From assembly GCA_964644695.1 (NCBI GenBank), contig CAZXWN010000001.1, positions 766,805 through 830,804 of the forward strand: a stretch of 64,000 nt of DNA. The letters are read 5' to 3'. Positions 38,740 through 48,311 of the stretch are shown in pieces; position 1 is the stretch's first letter; each line of letters starts with the position of its first letter. Both the position numbers and the translations under genes were made by a program. The notes below the pieces were generated by a model. The model was not told the origin of the DNA. It saw only the letters and a list, made by a program, of their open reading frames with translations, and made no database searches. Source of the DNA: an uncultured bacterium. Its GTDB lineage: Bacteria > UBP4 > UBA4092.

Positions 38740-39594
38740 ATGAAATACTATTTTTTCAGGACACTGCAATGGGTCGCCAACCGATTAAGCTGGAGAAACG
38801 CTTACCGGTTCGCCTATCTCTATGCTTGTCTCTGGTACATTGTGGATACATCTCGAAAAAATCAAATTCGTACCAACCTCGAAATTGTGGACCAATACCA
38901 GAACCAATCCACCCCTCCGTCTGAACAAAATAAAAGAGTCTTCAAAACTATGGTGAATTTCTCCAAATACTTAATGGAGATATTCCGGTTACCTTCCATA
39001 ACGACAGACTATCTTCAAGCAGTGAAGTACGAAAATAACCATCATCTAGTCAAGAATGAAAATCTGACGACACAACCCTGTATTATTTTCACATTACACT
39101 ACGGAAACTGGGAACTAGCGGGCATTAAGTTATGTGCTGACCATTATCCTCTGACTTCCGTTGCATTGCCCCACCCTGACCCACGGGAAGAGGCCTTATT
39201 CAATTCATGGAGAAATCAGTTTGGATTAGATATTATTCCTCTGGATGAAAAAGCAGGACATCGATGCTTAAAGGCCATTAAACAGGGCCGATTATTAGCA
39301 CTCCTGGGAGATGAGGACTACAGTGGTTCAGGGATTGATGTTCAGTGGTTGGGCCATTCTTTTCAAATTCCAGCCGGAGCCGCCGCCCTGTCCAGAGCAT
39401 CAGGAGTTCCCCTGCTCCCCGGTGTTTTCCAAAGACAGCCAGACAATTCATTCAAGATGATATTTACTGAACCTGTCTATCCAATCCGAACAGGACAAAG
39501 CGAGCAAGATTTGAAAAACATCACGGAACAATGTTTGAAGTCACTGGAACCGTTTATTCTTGAAGATCCTACTCAATGGTTTCATTTCGGTTAA
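38740..39594 (+). CDS. Lysophospholipid/lipid A acyltransferase family (LpxL/PatA-like)
   Basis: HYGNWE, LLGD, PAGAA, PTQW. Confidence 0.8.
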   Translation: MKYYFFRTLQWVANRLSWRNAYRFAYLYACLWYIVDTSRKNQIRTNLEIVDQYQNQSTPPSEQNKRVFKTMVNFSKYLMEIFRLPSITTDYLQAVKYENNHHLVKNENLTTQPCIIFTLHYGNWELAGIKLCADHYPLTSVALPHPDPREEALFNSWRNQFGLDIIPLDEKAGHRCLKAIKQGRLLALLGDEDYSGSGIDVQWLGHSFQIPAGAAALSRASGVPLLPGVFQRQPDNSFKMIFTEPVYPIRTGQSEQDLKNITEQCLKSLEPFILEDPTQWFHFG

Positions 39595-39611
39595 TCTGAA
39601 CACCCTAAATT

Positions 39612-39658
39612 AAAAAATCCATTCTGGTCAAAACAGGGCCAGAATGGATTTTGTTTTT
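39612..39658. terminator. Bidirectional terminator between convergent genes
   Basis: aaaatccattctgg / ccagaatggatttt stem flanked by A and T tracts. Confidence 0.8.
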
Positions 39659-39670
39659 ATCGAAAGTTAT

Positions 39671-41521
39671 TTAATCTTCAGAGCTCTCTGGTTTCTTATA
39701 GGTCCGTCTTCTATCCAGTGCGGACAGCACCTTTTTCCGGATACGGATAGATTTCGGAGTGAATTCAACCAATTCATCATCGGTAATAAATTCAATCGCA
39801 TTTTCCAAAGTAAGCTTCTTCACAGGTTTTAACTGGATCGCTTCATCTGAGGTGGAAGAACGCATATTCGTAAGATGTTTCTTCTTACAAGGATTCACGA
39901 TCATATCGTCTTCTCGTGAATTTTCACCTACGACCATACCCTCATAGACAGGATCAGTCGGTTCGATGAATAAGAGGGACCGCTCTTGTAAATTCTGAAT
40001 CTGATATCCTGTTGCTACGCCGGCTTCTTTAGCAATCAAAGAACCACTGCGGCGATATTGGATTTCACCCTTATACTCCTGATAATTCAAGAAGCTGTGG
40101 TGCATGATTCCAGAGCCCCGGGTATCCGTGACAAATTCGTTCTGGAACCCGATTAAACCGCGGGCTGGAATGTTGTATTCTAACCGGACATTTCCATTGC
40201 CATCATGGTGCATATTGACCATCTCGCCTTTACGACGACCCAGTTTATCCATGATTACACCCAGATAATCCTCAGACACATCAATAAAGAGCTGCTCCAC
40301 AGGCTCCATTTTCTTTCCATTGATTTGTTTCATTACCGCCTGAGGTTTTGAAACAGCAAATTCGTAACCTTCACGACGCATAATTTCTATCAAGATAGAT
40401 AAATGTAATTCACCACGACCCTTAACCTTGAAGACATCTTCGTTCTCAGGGAAATCGACTCGCAAAGCGACATTGGATAACAATTCTTTTTCCAGACGGT
40501 CTCGAAGATTCCGTGAGGTAACAAAGGTTCCTTCTTGACCTGCAAATGGACTGGTATTAACCATGAAACACATTTCCAGAGTAGGCTCTTCAACAGTAAT
40601 AGCAGGAAGAACATCTGGGTAATCAGGATGAGTTAAGGTTTCGCCGATCTGAACATCTTCTAACCCAGCGAGAGCAACGATGTCACCCGCCTGAGCAAAT
40701 TCAACTTCAATTTTATTCAAACCGAGATAGCCAAACAGTTTGGTCACCTTACCGTTCAACTGATTTCCATCCATATCAATTCGCTTGATGGACTCATTTA
40801 CTTTTATGACACCCCGGTGAATTCGACCTATAGCCATTCGGCCAAGATAGTCATTATAATCAATCGTCATCACCTGCATCTGGAAAGGAGACTCAATATC
40901 ACCCGGAGGCATGGGTACTTTTTCCAGAATCGTATCTAACAATGGAGTAATGTCATGTTTCTCTTCTGACATCTCGTCATAGTCTGTCATGGCATACCCA
41001 TCACGGGCAGACGCATAAACAATCGGAAAATCTAACTGGGCATCAGTTGCACCCAAATCCACAAACAAGTCAAAGACTTCATTTATAACGGCAGTGACTC
41101 GGGTGTGGGGACGGTCAATCTTATTAATAACAACAATAGGCTGCAAACCCAGTGCAAGTGATTTGGTAAGAACAAACTTGGTCTGTAACATCGGACCTTC
41201 AACAGCGTCCACCAGTAACAAAACACCATCTACCATCCGCAGAACTCGTTCTACTTCTCCACCGAAATCAGCATGGCCCGGAGTATCAATAATGTTGATG
41301 GTTGTATCTTTGTATCGGATAGCTGTGTTTTTGGAATAAATGGTGATGCCGCGTTCGCGTTCCAGATCATTGGAATCCATGACCCTCTCACCCATGGCCT
41401 GATTATCACGGAAAGTACCGCTCTGACGCAGTAAACAATCCACCAAGGTCGTTTTCCCATGGTCAACATGGGCAATAATTGCGATATTTCTTACATCGGT
41501 TCTTAAAATTGAATGACTCAT
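39671..41521 (-). CDS. typA: Translational GTPase TypA/BipA
   Basis: RNIAIIAHVDHGKTT, ERERGITI, DTPGHADF, GRGELHL, RREGYE. Confidence 0.97.
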   Translation of the reverse strand: MSHSILRTDVRNIAIIAHVDHGKTTLVDCLLRQSGTFRDNQAMGERVMDSNDLERERGITIYSKNTAIRYKDTTINIIDTPGHADFGGEVERVLRMVDGVLLLVDAVEGPMLQTKFVLTKSLALGLQPIVVINKIDRPHTRVTAVINEVFDLFVDLGATDAQLDFPIVYASARDGYAMTDYDEMSEEKHDITPLLDTILEKVPMPPGDIESPFQMQVMTIDYNDYLGRMAIGRIHRGVIKVNESIKRIDMDGNQLNGKVTKLFGYLGLNKIEVEFAQAGDIVALAGLEDVQIGETLTHPDYPDVLPAITVEEPTLEMCFMVNTSPFAGQEGTFVTSRNLRDRLEKELLSNVALRVDFPENEDVFKVKGRGELHLSILIEIMRREGYEFAVSKPQAVMKQINGKKMEPVEQLFIDVSEDYLGVIMDKLGRRKGEMVNMHHDGNGNVRLEYNIPARGLIGFQNEFVTDTRGSGIMHHSFLNYQEYKGEIQYRRSGSLIAKEAGVATGYQIQNLQERSLLFIEPTDPVYEGMVVGENSREDDMIVNPCKKKHLTNMRSSTSDEAIQLKPVKKLTLENAIEFITDDELVEFTPKSIRIRKKVLSALDRRRTYKKPESSED

Positions 41522-41601
41522 AAGGGTGAGAAGTTCTCCATAAAAAAATGCCCCTGCCTTTGGGGCGGCTTTAGTTTACATTTCCAAAATTACCTGTCTA
41601 T

Positions 41602-41631
41602 ATTATACCTCAAAACCCCTATCGCTGTCAG
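41602..41631 (-). promoter_or_regulatory. Putative sigma70 promoter for typA
   Basis: CTGACA-N18-TATAAT on minus strand. Confidence 0.5.
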
Positions 41632-41700
41632 ATATTCATGGGTCCTCTGCACCTGTAACCCCCTTTTGAGTTTTTGAACCGGTCCACAGCCGTAAGGTTT

Positions 41701-41735
41701 CATCCACGGACTTGCTCCGAGCTGCTCCGTGGATG
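41701..41735. repeat. REP-like palindromic repeat, copy 4
   Basis: catccacggacttgctccgagctgctccgtggatg between divergent typA and nfeD. Confidence 0.85.
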
Positions 41736-41849
41736 CGTCGATGACCCTATCCATTGAGTTCAAGGTTTTTACATCTATTTTCAACCGGTACAAGGAGACT
41801 GATTAACGCTAATTAATTATGATATGATATGCCATAGAAAGGGGCATCT

Positions 41850-43139
41850 ATGGGAAAGCATATTCGGTTTATAAGATTGTTGACCATCAGTCTGTTTATC
41901 ATGGTCTCCACCTTGGCCTTAAGTGCTGAAAGTCTGGTCTATCGATTAAAAATCAATGGGATTATTGATCCAGTCACTGCGGATTATATTGAACGGGGGA
42001 TCGACACGGGAACCCGTGCTGGAGCAAATGTAATCATCATCGAAATCGATACACCGGGGGGATTGGATTCATCGATGAGGCGAATCACACGATCAATGAT
42101 GAATTCCAGTATTCCTGTTGTAACTTTTGTCAGCCCACGAGGTGCACGGGCGGCATCTGCCGGGATGTTCATTTCACTGGCAGCCCACCGTTCTGCTATG
42201 GCACCAGGTACCAATATCGGCGCAGCTCATCCCGTCTATACATCCGGCGAATCCGCTTCCGATAAAGTAACGGCAGATGCGGCTGCCTATGCAAAAAGCC
42301 TGGCTCAACAGAGAAATCGAAATCCTGAATGGGTAGAACTGTCTGTCACCCGGAGTTCTTCTTTTACAAATGAAGAAGCTCTAAACAATAAAATGATAGA
42401 TTTGATTGCAGATAACATCGATGACCTTCTAAAAAAACTGGATGGGACAGTCATTCCCATGTCGCGGGGAGATGTCATTATCAAAACAGATGGAGCAAAA
42501 GTCTTTGATATTGACATGAGTTTACGAGAATCAATTTTCCATCTTATCTCTAATCCAGATATTGCCTACATTCTGTTGATGATGGCGATTATTGGAATTG
42601 CCATAGAACTGGCAACCCCCGGAATTGGATTCTCAGGCGCCGCGGGCGGTGTTTGTTTTCTGTTATGGTTGGTAGCTTTTGAGGCCCTGCCCTTTAATAT
42701 CGCCGGACTTATTTTAATACTGGCCGGCATGATTCTCTTTATTGTGGAAGCCAAAACACCAACACATGGAACATTAACTGCAGGAGGTGCTTTGTGTTTG
42801 ATTGTAGGTTCCTTTATGCTGTATTCCCCCATAGAACCTTATATCAATATCCGTGTCTCCTGGCCCATCATTATCGTAATGACTTTACTGATGACAGGCC
42901 TGTTTGCCCTTGTCGTTAAAAAAGCAATGGAGGCTATGCGTAAACCCGCAGCATTCGGAACCCATTTATTAATCAATGCTGTTGGAGTCGCAAAAACAAA
43001 TATTGACCCCAAGGGTGTGGTTAACGTTCAAGCGGAGGAATGGAATGCCATCAGTGTGCATGGAGATTTTATTCCCGCAGGTTCTAATGTTCGCGTAACG
43101 AAGATAGACGGATTCACTGTCTATATCGAAAAAGTATAA
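41850..43139 (+). CDS. nfeD: NfeD long-form membrane-bound serine protease
   Basis: IDTPGG, AASAG, PGTNIGAAHP, TM block, C-terminal OB (GVV..AEEWNA). Confidence 0.9.
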   Translation: MGKHIRFIRLLTISLFIMVSTLALSAESLVYRLKINGIIDPVTADYIERGIDTGTRAGANVIIIEIDTPGGLDSSMRRITRSMMNSSIPVVTFVSPRGARAASAGMFISLAAHRSAMAPGTNIGAAHPVYTSGESASDKVTADAAAYAKSLAQQRNRNPEWVELSVTRSSSFTNEEALNNKMIDLIADNIDDLLKKLDGTVIPMSRGDVIIKTDGAKVFDIDMSLRESIFHLISNPDIAYILLMMAIIGIAIELATPGIGFSGAAGGVCFLLWLVAFEALPFNIAGLILILAGMILFIVEAKTPTHGTLTAGGALCLIVGSFMLYSPIEPYINIRVSWPIIIVMTLLMTGLFALVVKKAMEAMRKPAAFGTHLLINAVGVAKTNIDPKGVVNVQAEEWNAISVHGDFIPAGSNVRVTKIDGFTVYIEKV

Positions 43140-43158
43140 ATTAAAAGGAGATATTGCT

Positions 43159-44076
43159 ATGCCCACTACCATTACAGCAAGCTTTGTTATCTTTGTTTTT
43201 TTTATCATCCTGATTGTAATGATGATTGCCACGAACTCCATCAAGATTGTCAGAGATTATCAACGGTTGGTGGTCTTTCGACTTGGTAAATCCGTTGGGA
43301 CAAAAGGTCCTGGTTTGGTTCTGCTGATTCCTTTTATTGATAAACCTATCTGGGTTGAACAGCGAGAAAGTTACATTGAAGTTCCTTCTCAGACATGTAT
43401 CACAAAGGATAATGCTCCTATATCCATTGACTTCCTGATTTACACTAAAGTCGTTGATCCAGAGAGAACCGTCATCCAGGTTTCCAATTATATTGGTGCC
43501 GCTCAGGGTATCGCCATGACCACACTGCGTGCCGTCGTAGGTGATATTATGCTCGATGAAGTGTTGGCCAAGAGAGAACAAATCAATCAGGTCCTCAGAA
43601 CCAAATTGGATGAAGTAACCGAACGATGGGGTGTCAAGGTTACCACGGTTGAAATTCGTGAGATCCAACCGCCTAAAGATGTACAGGATGCCATGACCAA
43701 ACAGATGTCTGCTGAACGCAGCCGTCGTGCCGTAGTCACAGAAGCAGATGGTAAAAAACAATCAGACATCACGGTTGCTGAAGGTGCAAAACAAGCCTCC
43801 ATCCTTCGTGCAGAAGGTGAACGACAGGCCGCCATTTTAAAAGCAGAGGCCGACAGACAAGCCGCCATTCTCCGTGCGGAAGGTTACTCTCTGGCTTTGG
43901 CAAAAATTGCGGAAGTGGCTCGTCAGCTGGACACCAATACCATGGGACTCCAGTATCTGGATACTCTCAAAAACATGGGGTTAAGTCCATCAACCAAGTT
44001 TATATTCCCTATGGAATTTACTCAGTTAATCAAGCCCTTTACTGACAAGCTAAATCAGGATACACCCAAAAACTAA
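43159..44076 (+). CDS. SPFH/stomatin-family protein
   Basis: VVFRLG, GPGL, ITKDN, TTLRAVVG, WGVKV, AERSRRA; follows nfeD. Confidence 0.92.
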   Translation: MPTTITASFVIFVFFIILIVMMIATNSIKIVRDYQRLVVFRLGKSVGTKGPGLVLLIPFIDKPIWVEQRESYIEVPSQTCITKDNAPISIDFLIYTKVVDPERTVIQVSNYIGAAQGIAMTTLRAVVGDIMLDEVLAKREQINQVLRTKLDEVTERWGVKVTTVEIREIQPPKDVQDAMTKQMSAERSRRAVVTEADGKKQSDITVAEGAKQASILRAEGERQAAILKAEADRQAAILRAEGYSLALAKIAEVARQLDTNTMGLQYLDTLKNMGLSPSTKFIFPMEFTQLIKPFTDKLNQDTPKN

Positions 44077-44091
44077 AGAAAACTACATACT

Positions 44092-44138
44092 GAATATGCG
44101 GAAAGCTCAAAGGGAGTTTTCCGCATATTCTTATTTTT
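44092..44138 (+). terminator. Intrinsic terminator
   Basis: gaatatgcggaaa / tttccgcatattc stem plus T tract. Confidence 0.75.
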
Positions 44139-44192
44139 CCATCCATTGCTCATCAAACTTTAATTTGTTACTATTAGAATAATCAAACATTT

Positions 44193-45506
44193 ATGGACCA
44201 AATAGCCCAATATTTCCTTGAATTTGCCGTCATCATCGGCCTGGTTCTTTTAAACGCATTCTTTGTCGCCAGTGAATTTTCCATTGTGAAAGTTCGGCAA
44301 ACCCGAGTCAGTTTGCTGGCCGACAAAGGCGATATTCGCGCGCGCTTTTCACTTCAAATCATCGCTCACATGAATGAGTATCTCTCGGCTTGCCAGGTGG
44401 GTATTACCATTGCATCCCTGGGGCTGGGCTGGCTGGGTGAAGAATATATATCGGGGATTATTCTACGATTGTTTAATTTAACGGGAATCACTCCCGTTTC
44501 CTCTGGGATTATTGCAGGCGTTCTCGGTTTTGGAACTATCACATTTGCCCATATCGTCGCCGGTGAAATGGCACCGAAAGCATTCTCTATCCAGTTTGCT
44601 GAAACGACTATGCTTTGGACCTCCATTCCTCTCAGGCTGTTCTATATCGTTTTTTATCCAGCCATCTGGACTCTCAATGCGGCTTCAAATCTTGTTTTGA
44701 AATTATTCCGCTTGCCTTCGCCCAGTACACATGAATTCTCCCACAGTCCTGAAGAATTAAAGATGATTGTCAAAGAATCTGGTGACAGTGGAATGTTATC
44801 CGCTGACAGTGCTCAGTTGATGCAGAGAGTCCTCACTTTTACCACCCGGACAGTTAAAGACATCATGGTCCCCAGAACAAATGTTGTCGGGTTGGACATC
44901 CACGCTCGAGCGGATGAAATTATGGATATCGCCATTGAAAATGGATATTCCCGTATGCCCGTCTTTGACCAAACACTGGATAAAATAATGGGCGTCGTCT
45001 ATGTTAAAGATTTTCTGGCAGCCAGTGAGAACCGATCCTTAATACACATCTCAGATTTCATGCGGCCGGCTTTCTTTATCCCTGAAGGAATGAAGACTGG
45101 TCAATTATTAAAAGAGTTTCAAAAGCGAAAAATTCATATGGCCATAGTGGTAGATGAGTACGGGATGACTACGGGATTGGTCACTATGGAAGACGTCATA
45201 GAAGAGATAGTTGGTGAAATACAGGACGAGTATGATACTGAGGAAGAACGTATTCAGAGGATGGCTGATGGGTCATTAGTCGTGGATGGGACCATGAGTA
45301 TCAATGACCTGACGCAGTATCACAACATTCATTTTCCTGAAAAGGGAGAATTTGAGTCCATCGGTGGATTTCTTCTTCATCGGCTGGGCCGAATCCCTAC
45401 GGGAGGCGAGTCTGTTACCTTTATGGACCAGACTTTTATTGTTGCGGATGTAGAGCAGCATCGTATTAACAAAGTAAAAATTATATTGAAACAAAAAAAT
45501 CTCTGA
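44193..45506 (+). CDS. CNNM/CorC (hemolysin-family) CBS-domain transporter
   Basis: NAFFVASEF, QVGIT, GEMAPK, MVPR, YSRMPV, VVDEYG, EEIVGEIQDEYD. Confidence 0.92.
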   Translation: MDQIAQYFLEFAVIIGLVLLNAFFVASEFSIVKVRQTRVSLLADKGDIRARFSLQIIAHMNEYLSACQVGITIASLGLGWLGEEYISGIILRLFNLTGITPVSSGIIAGVLGFGTITFAHIVAGEMAPKAFSIQFAETTMLWTSIPLRLFYIVFYPAIWTLNAASNLVLKLFRLPSPSTHEFSHSPEELKMIVKESGDSGMLSADSAQLMQRVLTFTTRTVKDIMVPRTNVVGLDIHARADEIMDIAIENGYSRMPVFDQTLDKIMGVVYVKDFLAASENRSLIHISDFMRPAFFIPEGMKTGQLLKEFQKRKIHMAIVVDEYGMTTGLVTMEDVIEEIVGEIQDEYDTEEERIQRMADGSLVVDGTMSINDLTQYHNIHFPEKGEFESIGGFLLHRLGRIPTGGESVTFMDQTFIVADVEQHRINKVKIILKQKNL

Positions 45507-45568
45507 TTTTATATATCATGCCTTATGATATTATCAAAACGTAAAACTTACCACGAAGAGGATGGGAT

Positions 45569-47305
45569 ATGGCTGCTTCAATTACTGAAACTCCGAACGA
45601 ATTAACTACTGCTATTGATCTTGCCAGTGCATTGGGTATCGTCCGTTTGTTACGGCAAACTGACAGTCAGATTTATAACGGATATCTTGGTTTCCCGGGA
45701 TTTAATGACCGTGAAGTTTTGGAAGCTATTGCAATGACAATCAAACAGACCCGGCAAATTTTTGCTTCTAAGGGTAAAAAGGTTCTGATTATATCCGGAG
45801 CGGGAACGAGTGGTCGTCTGGGTATGTTTGTGGCACGCGCATACAACAGAACGGTCAAACGCCATTATGGAAAAAACAACTCCATCAAGTTCTTAATTGC
45901 GGGTGGAAACCGTGCATTGCTTGCTGCCCAGGAAATATCAGAAGATGACACACAGTTATCTATTGTGGATTTGGAACAAGCAATCGATGACTGCGATACC
46001 GTTGGATATATTGGTATCACCTGCGGATTTTCTGCACCGTATGTAGCCAGCCAATTGGAATGGTTGTTAGACCGTCTTACTCGGAAAGAAATCAAAGGGT
46101 ACGCATGCCTGATGGGATTCAATCCCGTAGAAAGATCTCGTAACATCCCCATTGAAGGGTATGGAAAAACATTCCTTGATGTGGCCAAAATGGTAGAACA
46201 ATCCCCTTATGGGATTATCCTGAATCCTATTGTCGGACCAGAACCTGTTACAGGATCCACACGAATGAAATCCGGTACATCAACCAAACTTCTACTGGAT
46301 ATGGTGCTGGAATTATCGATTCGAAAAGCAGTGAAAGACCCGATTGAACAAATACGTCATTTCCTCGCTCTCTATGAACAAGCCAGAATGGGTGTATATC
46401 AACAGTCAGAAGAATTGGCAACGCTTATTGAGCAATGCTCTAAAACCATTTCGGCAAAAGGTCGGCTTTATTATATCGGGAAAGCCCCTTATGGAATACT
46501 TGGCTTAATTGATGCCTCAGAATGTCCGCCTACTTTCGGAGCTGGGTTTGAAGATATCCGCGGCTTTATTGAAAATGGCTGGGAATCCATGCTTGGTCGT
46601 GGCGGTGATATGAGTCAGGAAGGTAGTTTATACCGGATTGGTATTAATGAATTTGTTCACGAAAAACTCCCGCATTTAACAAATAAAGATACGATTATTT
46701 TCCTTTCCGAAGGAACACCTGCGACCGCTTTAAAAGCAACTACTAAAATTGGCATCAAAAACCACTGGAGCTGGGAAAAGATTCTCCGTGAATCCCAGAA
46801 AAAGGGAGCTTATACCGCGGCAGTCCTTCTCCAAAAAACTAAACCAGCCGCAGTCAAAAATAACGGGATAAATCAAATCATTACCCCCGTGGTACCCTCC
46901 ACACCCTGTTTCCGTGAAATTGCCATGAAACTCATCCTGAATGCTATTACGACAGGTGCTCATATCCGGGTTGGGAAGGTTTATCGTAACCGCATGGTAG
47001 ATTTAAAAATATCCAATAACAAGCTGTTCTTCCGTACCCAGCATATTATCTGTTCCATCATGAAGGTAGATGAAGAAACCGCGCTGGAAGCCATGTTCCG
47101 TTCTATTTATGAAACAGATACGGTGCCAGATTCAATTCGACATAAAAACATCTCTGAGCACATCCAGAATGCCACAGGAAAAGATAAAGTCGTCCCCAAA
47201 GCTCTTTTATTGGCAACAGGCAAATTTACTTATAAACAGGCGCATGATGCCATAAATCGACAGCCCGTTGTCAGACAGGTAATTCAGGAAGTCTTAGCAA
47301 AGTAA
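45569..47305 (+). CDS. Tandem-SIS protein, glucokinase regulatory protein (GKRP)/MurQ-like
   Basis: ITE.PN.LT..ID, GAGTSGRL, IAGG..AL..E..EDD, GITCG.SAPYV, GPE..TGSTRMK.GT.TK, DASECPPTFG, GKVY.N.MVDL..SN.KL. Confidence 0.8.
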   Translation: MAASITETPNELTTAIDLASALGIVRLLRQTDSQIYNGYLGFPGFNDREVLEAIAMTIKQTRQIFASKGKKVLIISGAGTSGRLGMFVARAYNRTVKRHYGKNNSIKFLIAGGNRALLAAQEISEDDTQLSIVDLEQAIDDCDTVGYIGITCGFSAPYVASQLEWLLDRLTRKEIKGYACLMGFNPVERSRNIPIEGYGKTFLDVAKMVEQSPYGIILNPIVGPEPVTGSTRMKSGTSTKLLLDMVLELSIRKAVKDPIEQIRHFLALYEQARMGVYQQSEELATLIEQCSKTISAKGRLYYIGKAPYGILGLIDASECPPTFGAGFEDIRGFIENGWESMLGRGGDMSQEGSLYRIGINEFVHEKLPHLTNKDTIIFLSEGTPATALKATTKIGIKNHWSWEKILRESQKKGAYTAAVLLQKTKPAAVKNNGINQIITPVVPSTPCFREIAMKLILNAITTGAHIRVGKVYRNRMVDLKISNNKLFFRTQHIICSIMKVDEETALEAMFRSIYETDTVPDSIRHKNISEHIQNATGKDKVVPKALLLATGKFTYKQAHDAINRQPVVRQVIQEVLAK

Positions 47306-47310
47306 TCCCT

Positions 47311-47350
47311 AAAAAAAGAGAGGACCTTGAACGGGTCCTCTCTTTTTTTT
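47311..47350. terminator. Bidirectional terminator
   Basis: aaaaaagagaggacc / ggtcctctctttttt between convergent genes. Confidence 0.85.
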
Positions 47351-47360
47351 ATGCCAGTCA

Positions 47361-48278
47361 TTACATCTGATTAATAGCGTTTATATCAACTGTATTTATA
47401 ATCGTCGCTTCCGGCAGAGTCTTTTTAACTAACCCTGACAAGACAACTCCCGACCCTGTTTCAACATACTCTTTAACACCCTGCTGCCACAAATAATTCA
47501 AGGATTCTTCCCAGCGAACAGAGGATACCATTTGTGACATTACCGCAGTTTTCAACTCCACACCATTACATGAGCCAGAAGCAGTCGTATTCGATACCAC
47601 AGGGATAGACGTATTTTTGAATTCCGTTTGCTCCAAGACTTTTTTGAATTCCTCATTAGCGGATTGGATTAAGGGAGAATGAAATGCACCGCTAACCGCC
47701 AGAGGAATAGCTTTTTTCTTCATTTCCTTTAATTTAGAAACTGCGGCCTGGACAGCCTCTTTTTCCCCCGATATGACAATCTGCCCCGGGCAATTATAGT
47801 TAGCAACAACAAGAACCCTCTTCGTTTCATAGGAAACGGCTTCGCAGAGGGAACGAACTTCTTCTGCAGGTAATCCGAGCACGGCAGCCATAGCACCGGG
47901 AACACTTTCACCCACATCATACATTAACTGGCCTCGTTTACACACCAGTTTCAACCCAGTCGCAAAATCAAACGCTCCCGAAGCAGCCAGAGCTGAATAT
48001 TCACCCAGGGAATGTCCGGCAACAAAATCTGGAGTAATCCCTTTTTCCTTCAAAATAGAATAAGCAACATAGCTAACGGTATACAATGCAGGTTGAGAAT
48101 ACCGAGTTTCTTTCAACTTTTCATCTGGCCCGTGAAAACATAAATCACTGAGGGAATATCCGCAGATATCATCAGCAATTTGAAACATTTCTTTGGCGAT
48201 GGGACTCGCTTCATAATAAGATTGCCCCAGGCCAATAGATTGAGATCCCTGGCCGGGGAATAAGAAGACTCTCATCAT
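47361..48278 (-). CDS. fabD: Malonyl-CoA:ACP transacylase
   Basis: FPGQGSQ, QPAL, GHSLGEY, VSGAFHS. Confidence 0.96.
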   Translation of the reverse strand: MMRVFLFPGQGSQSIGLGQSYYEASPIAKEMFQIADDICGYSLSDLCFHGPDEKLKETRYSQPALYTVSYVAYSILKEKGITPDFVAGHSLGEYSALAASGAFDFATGLKLVCKRGQLMYDVGESVPGAMAAVLGLPAEEVRSLCEAVSYETKRVLVVANYNCPGQIVISGEKEAVQAAVSKLKEMKKKAIPLAVSGAFHSPLIQSANEEFKKVLEQTEFKNTSIPVVSNTTASGSCNGVELKTAVMSQMVSSVRWEESLNYLWQQGVKEYVETGSGVVLSGLVKKTLPEATIINTVDINAINQM

Positions 48279-48311
48279 CTTGCACCTCCAAGATAAGTAG
48301 ATATGAAGGGA

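Noticed and set aside
41590-41793. 67-aa intergenic ORF between typA and nfeD
   Set aside because: Runs through a repeat copy and the predicted typA promoter; no recognisable motif; not excluded but unsupported
43141-43761. 206-aa minus-strand ORF
   Set aside because: Antisense to the stomatin gene; no motifs
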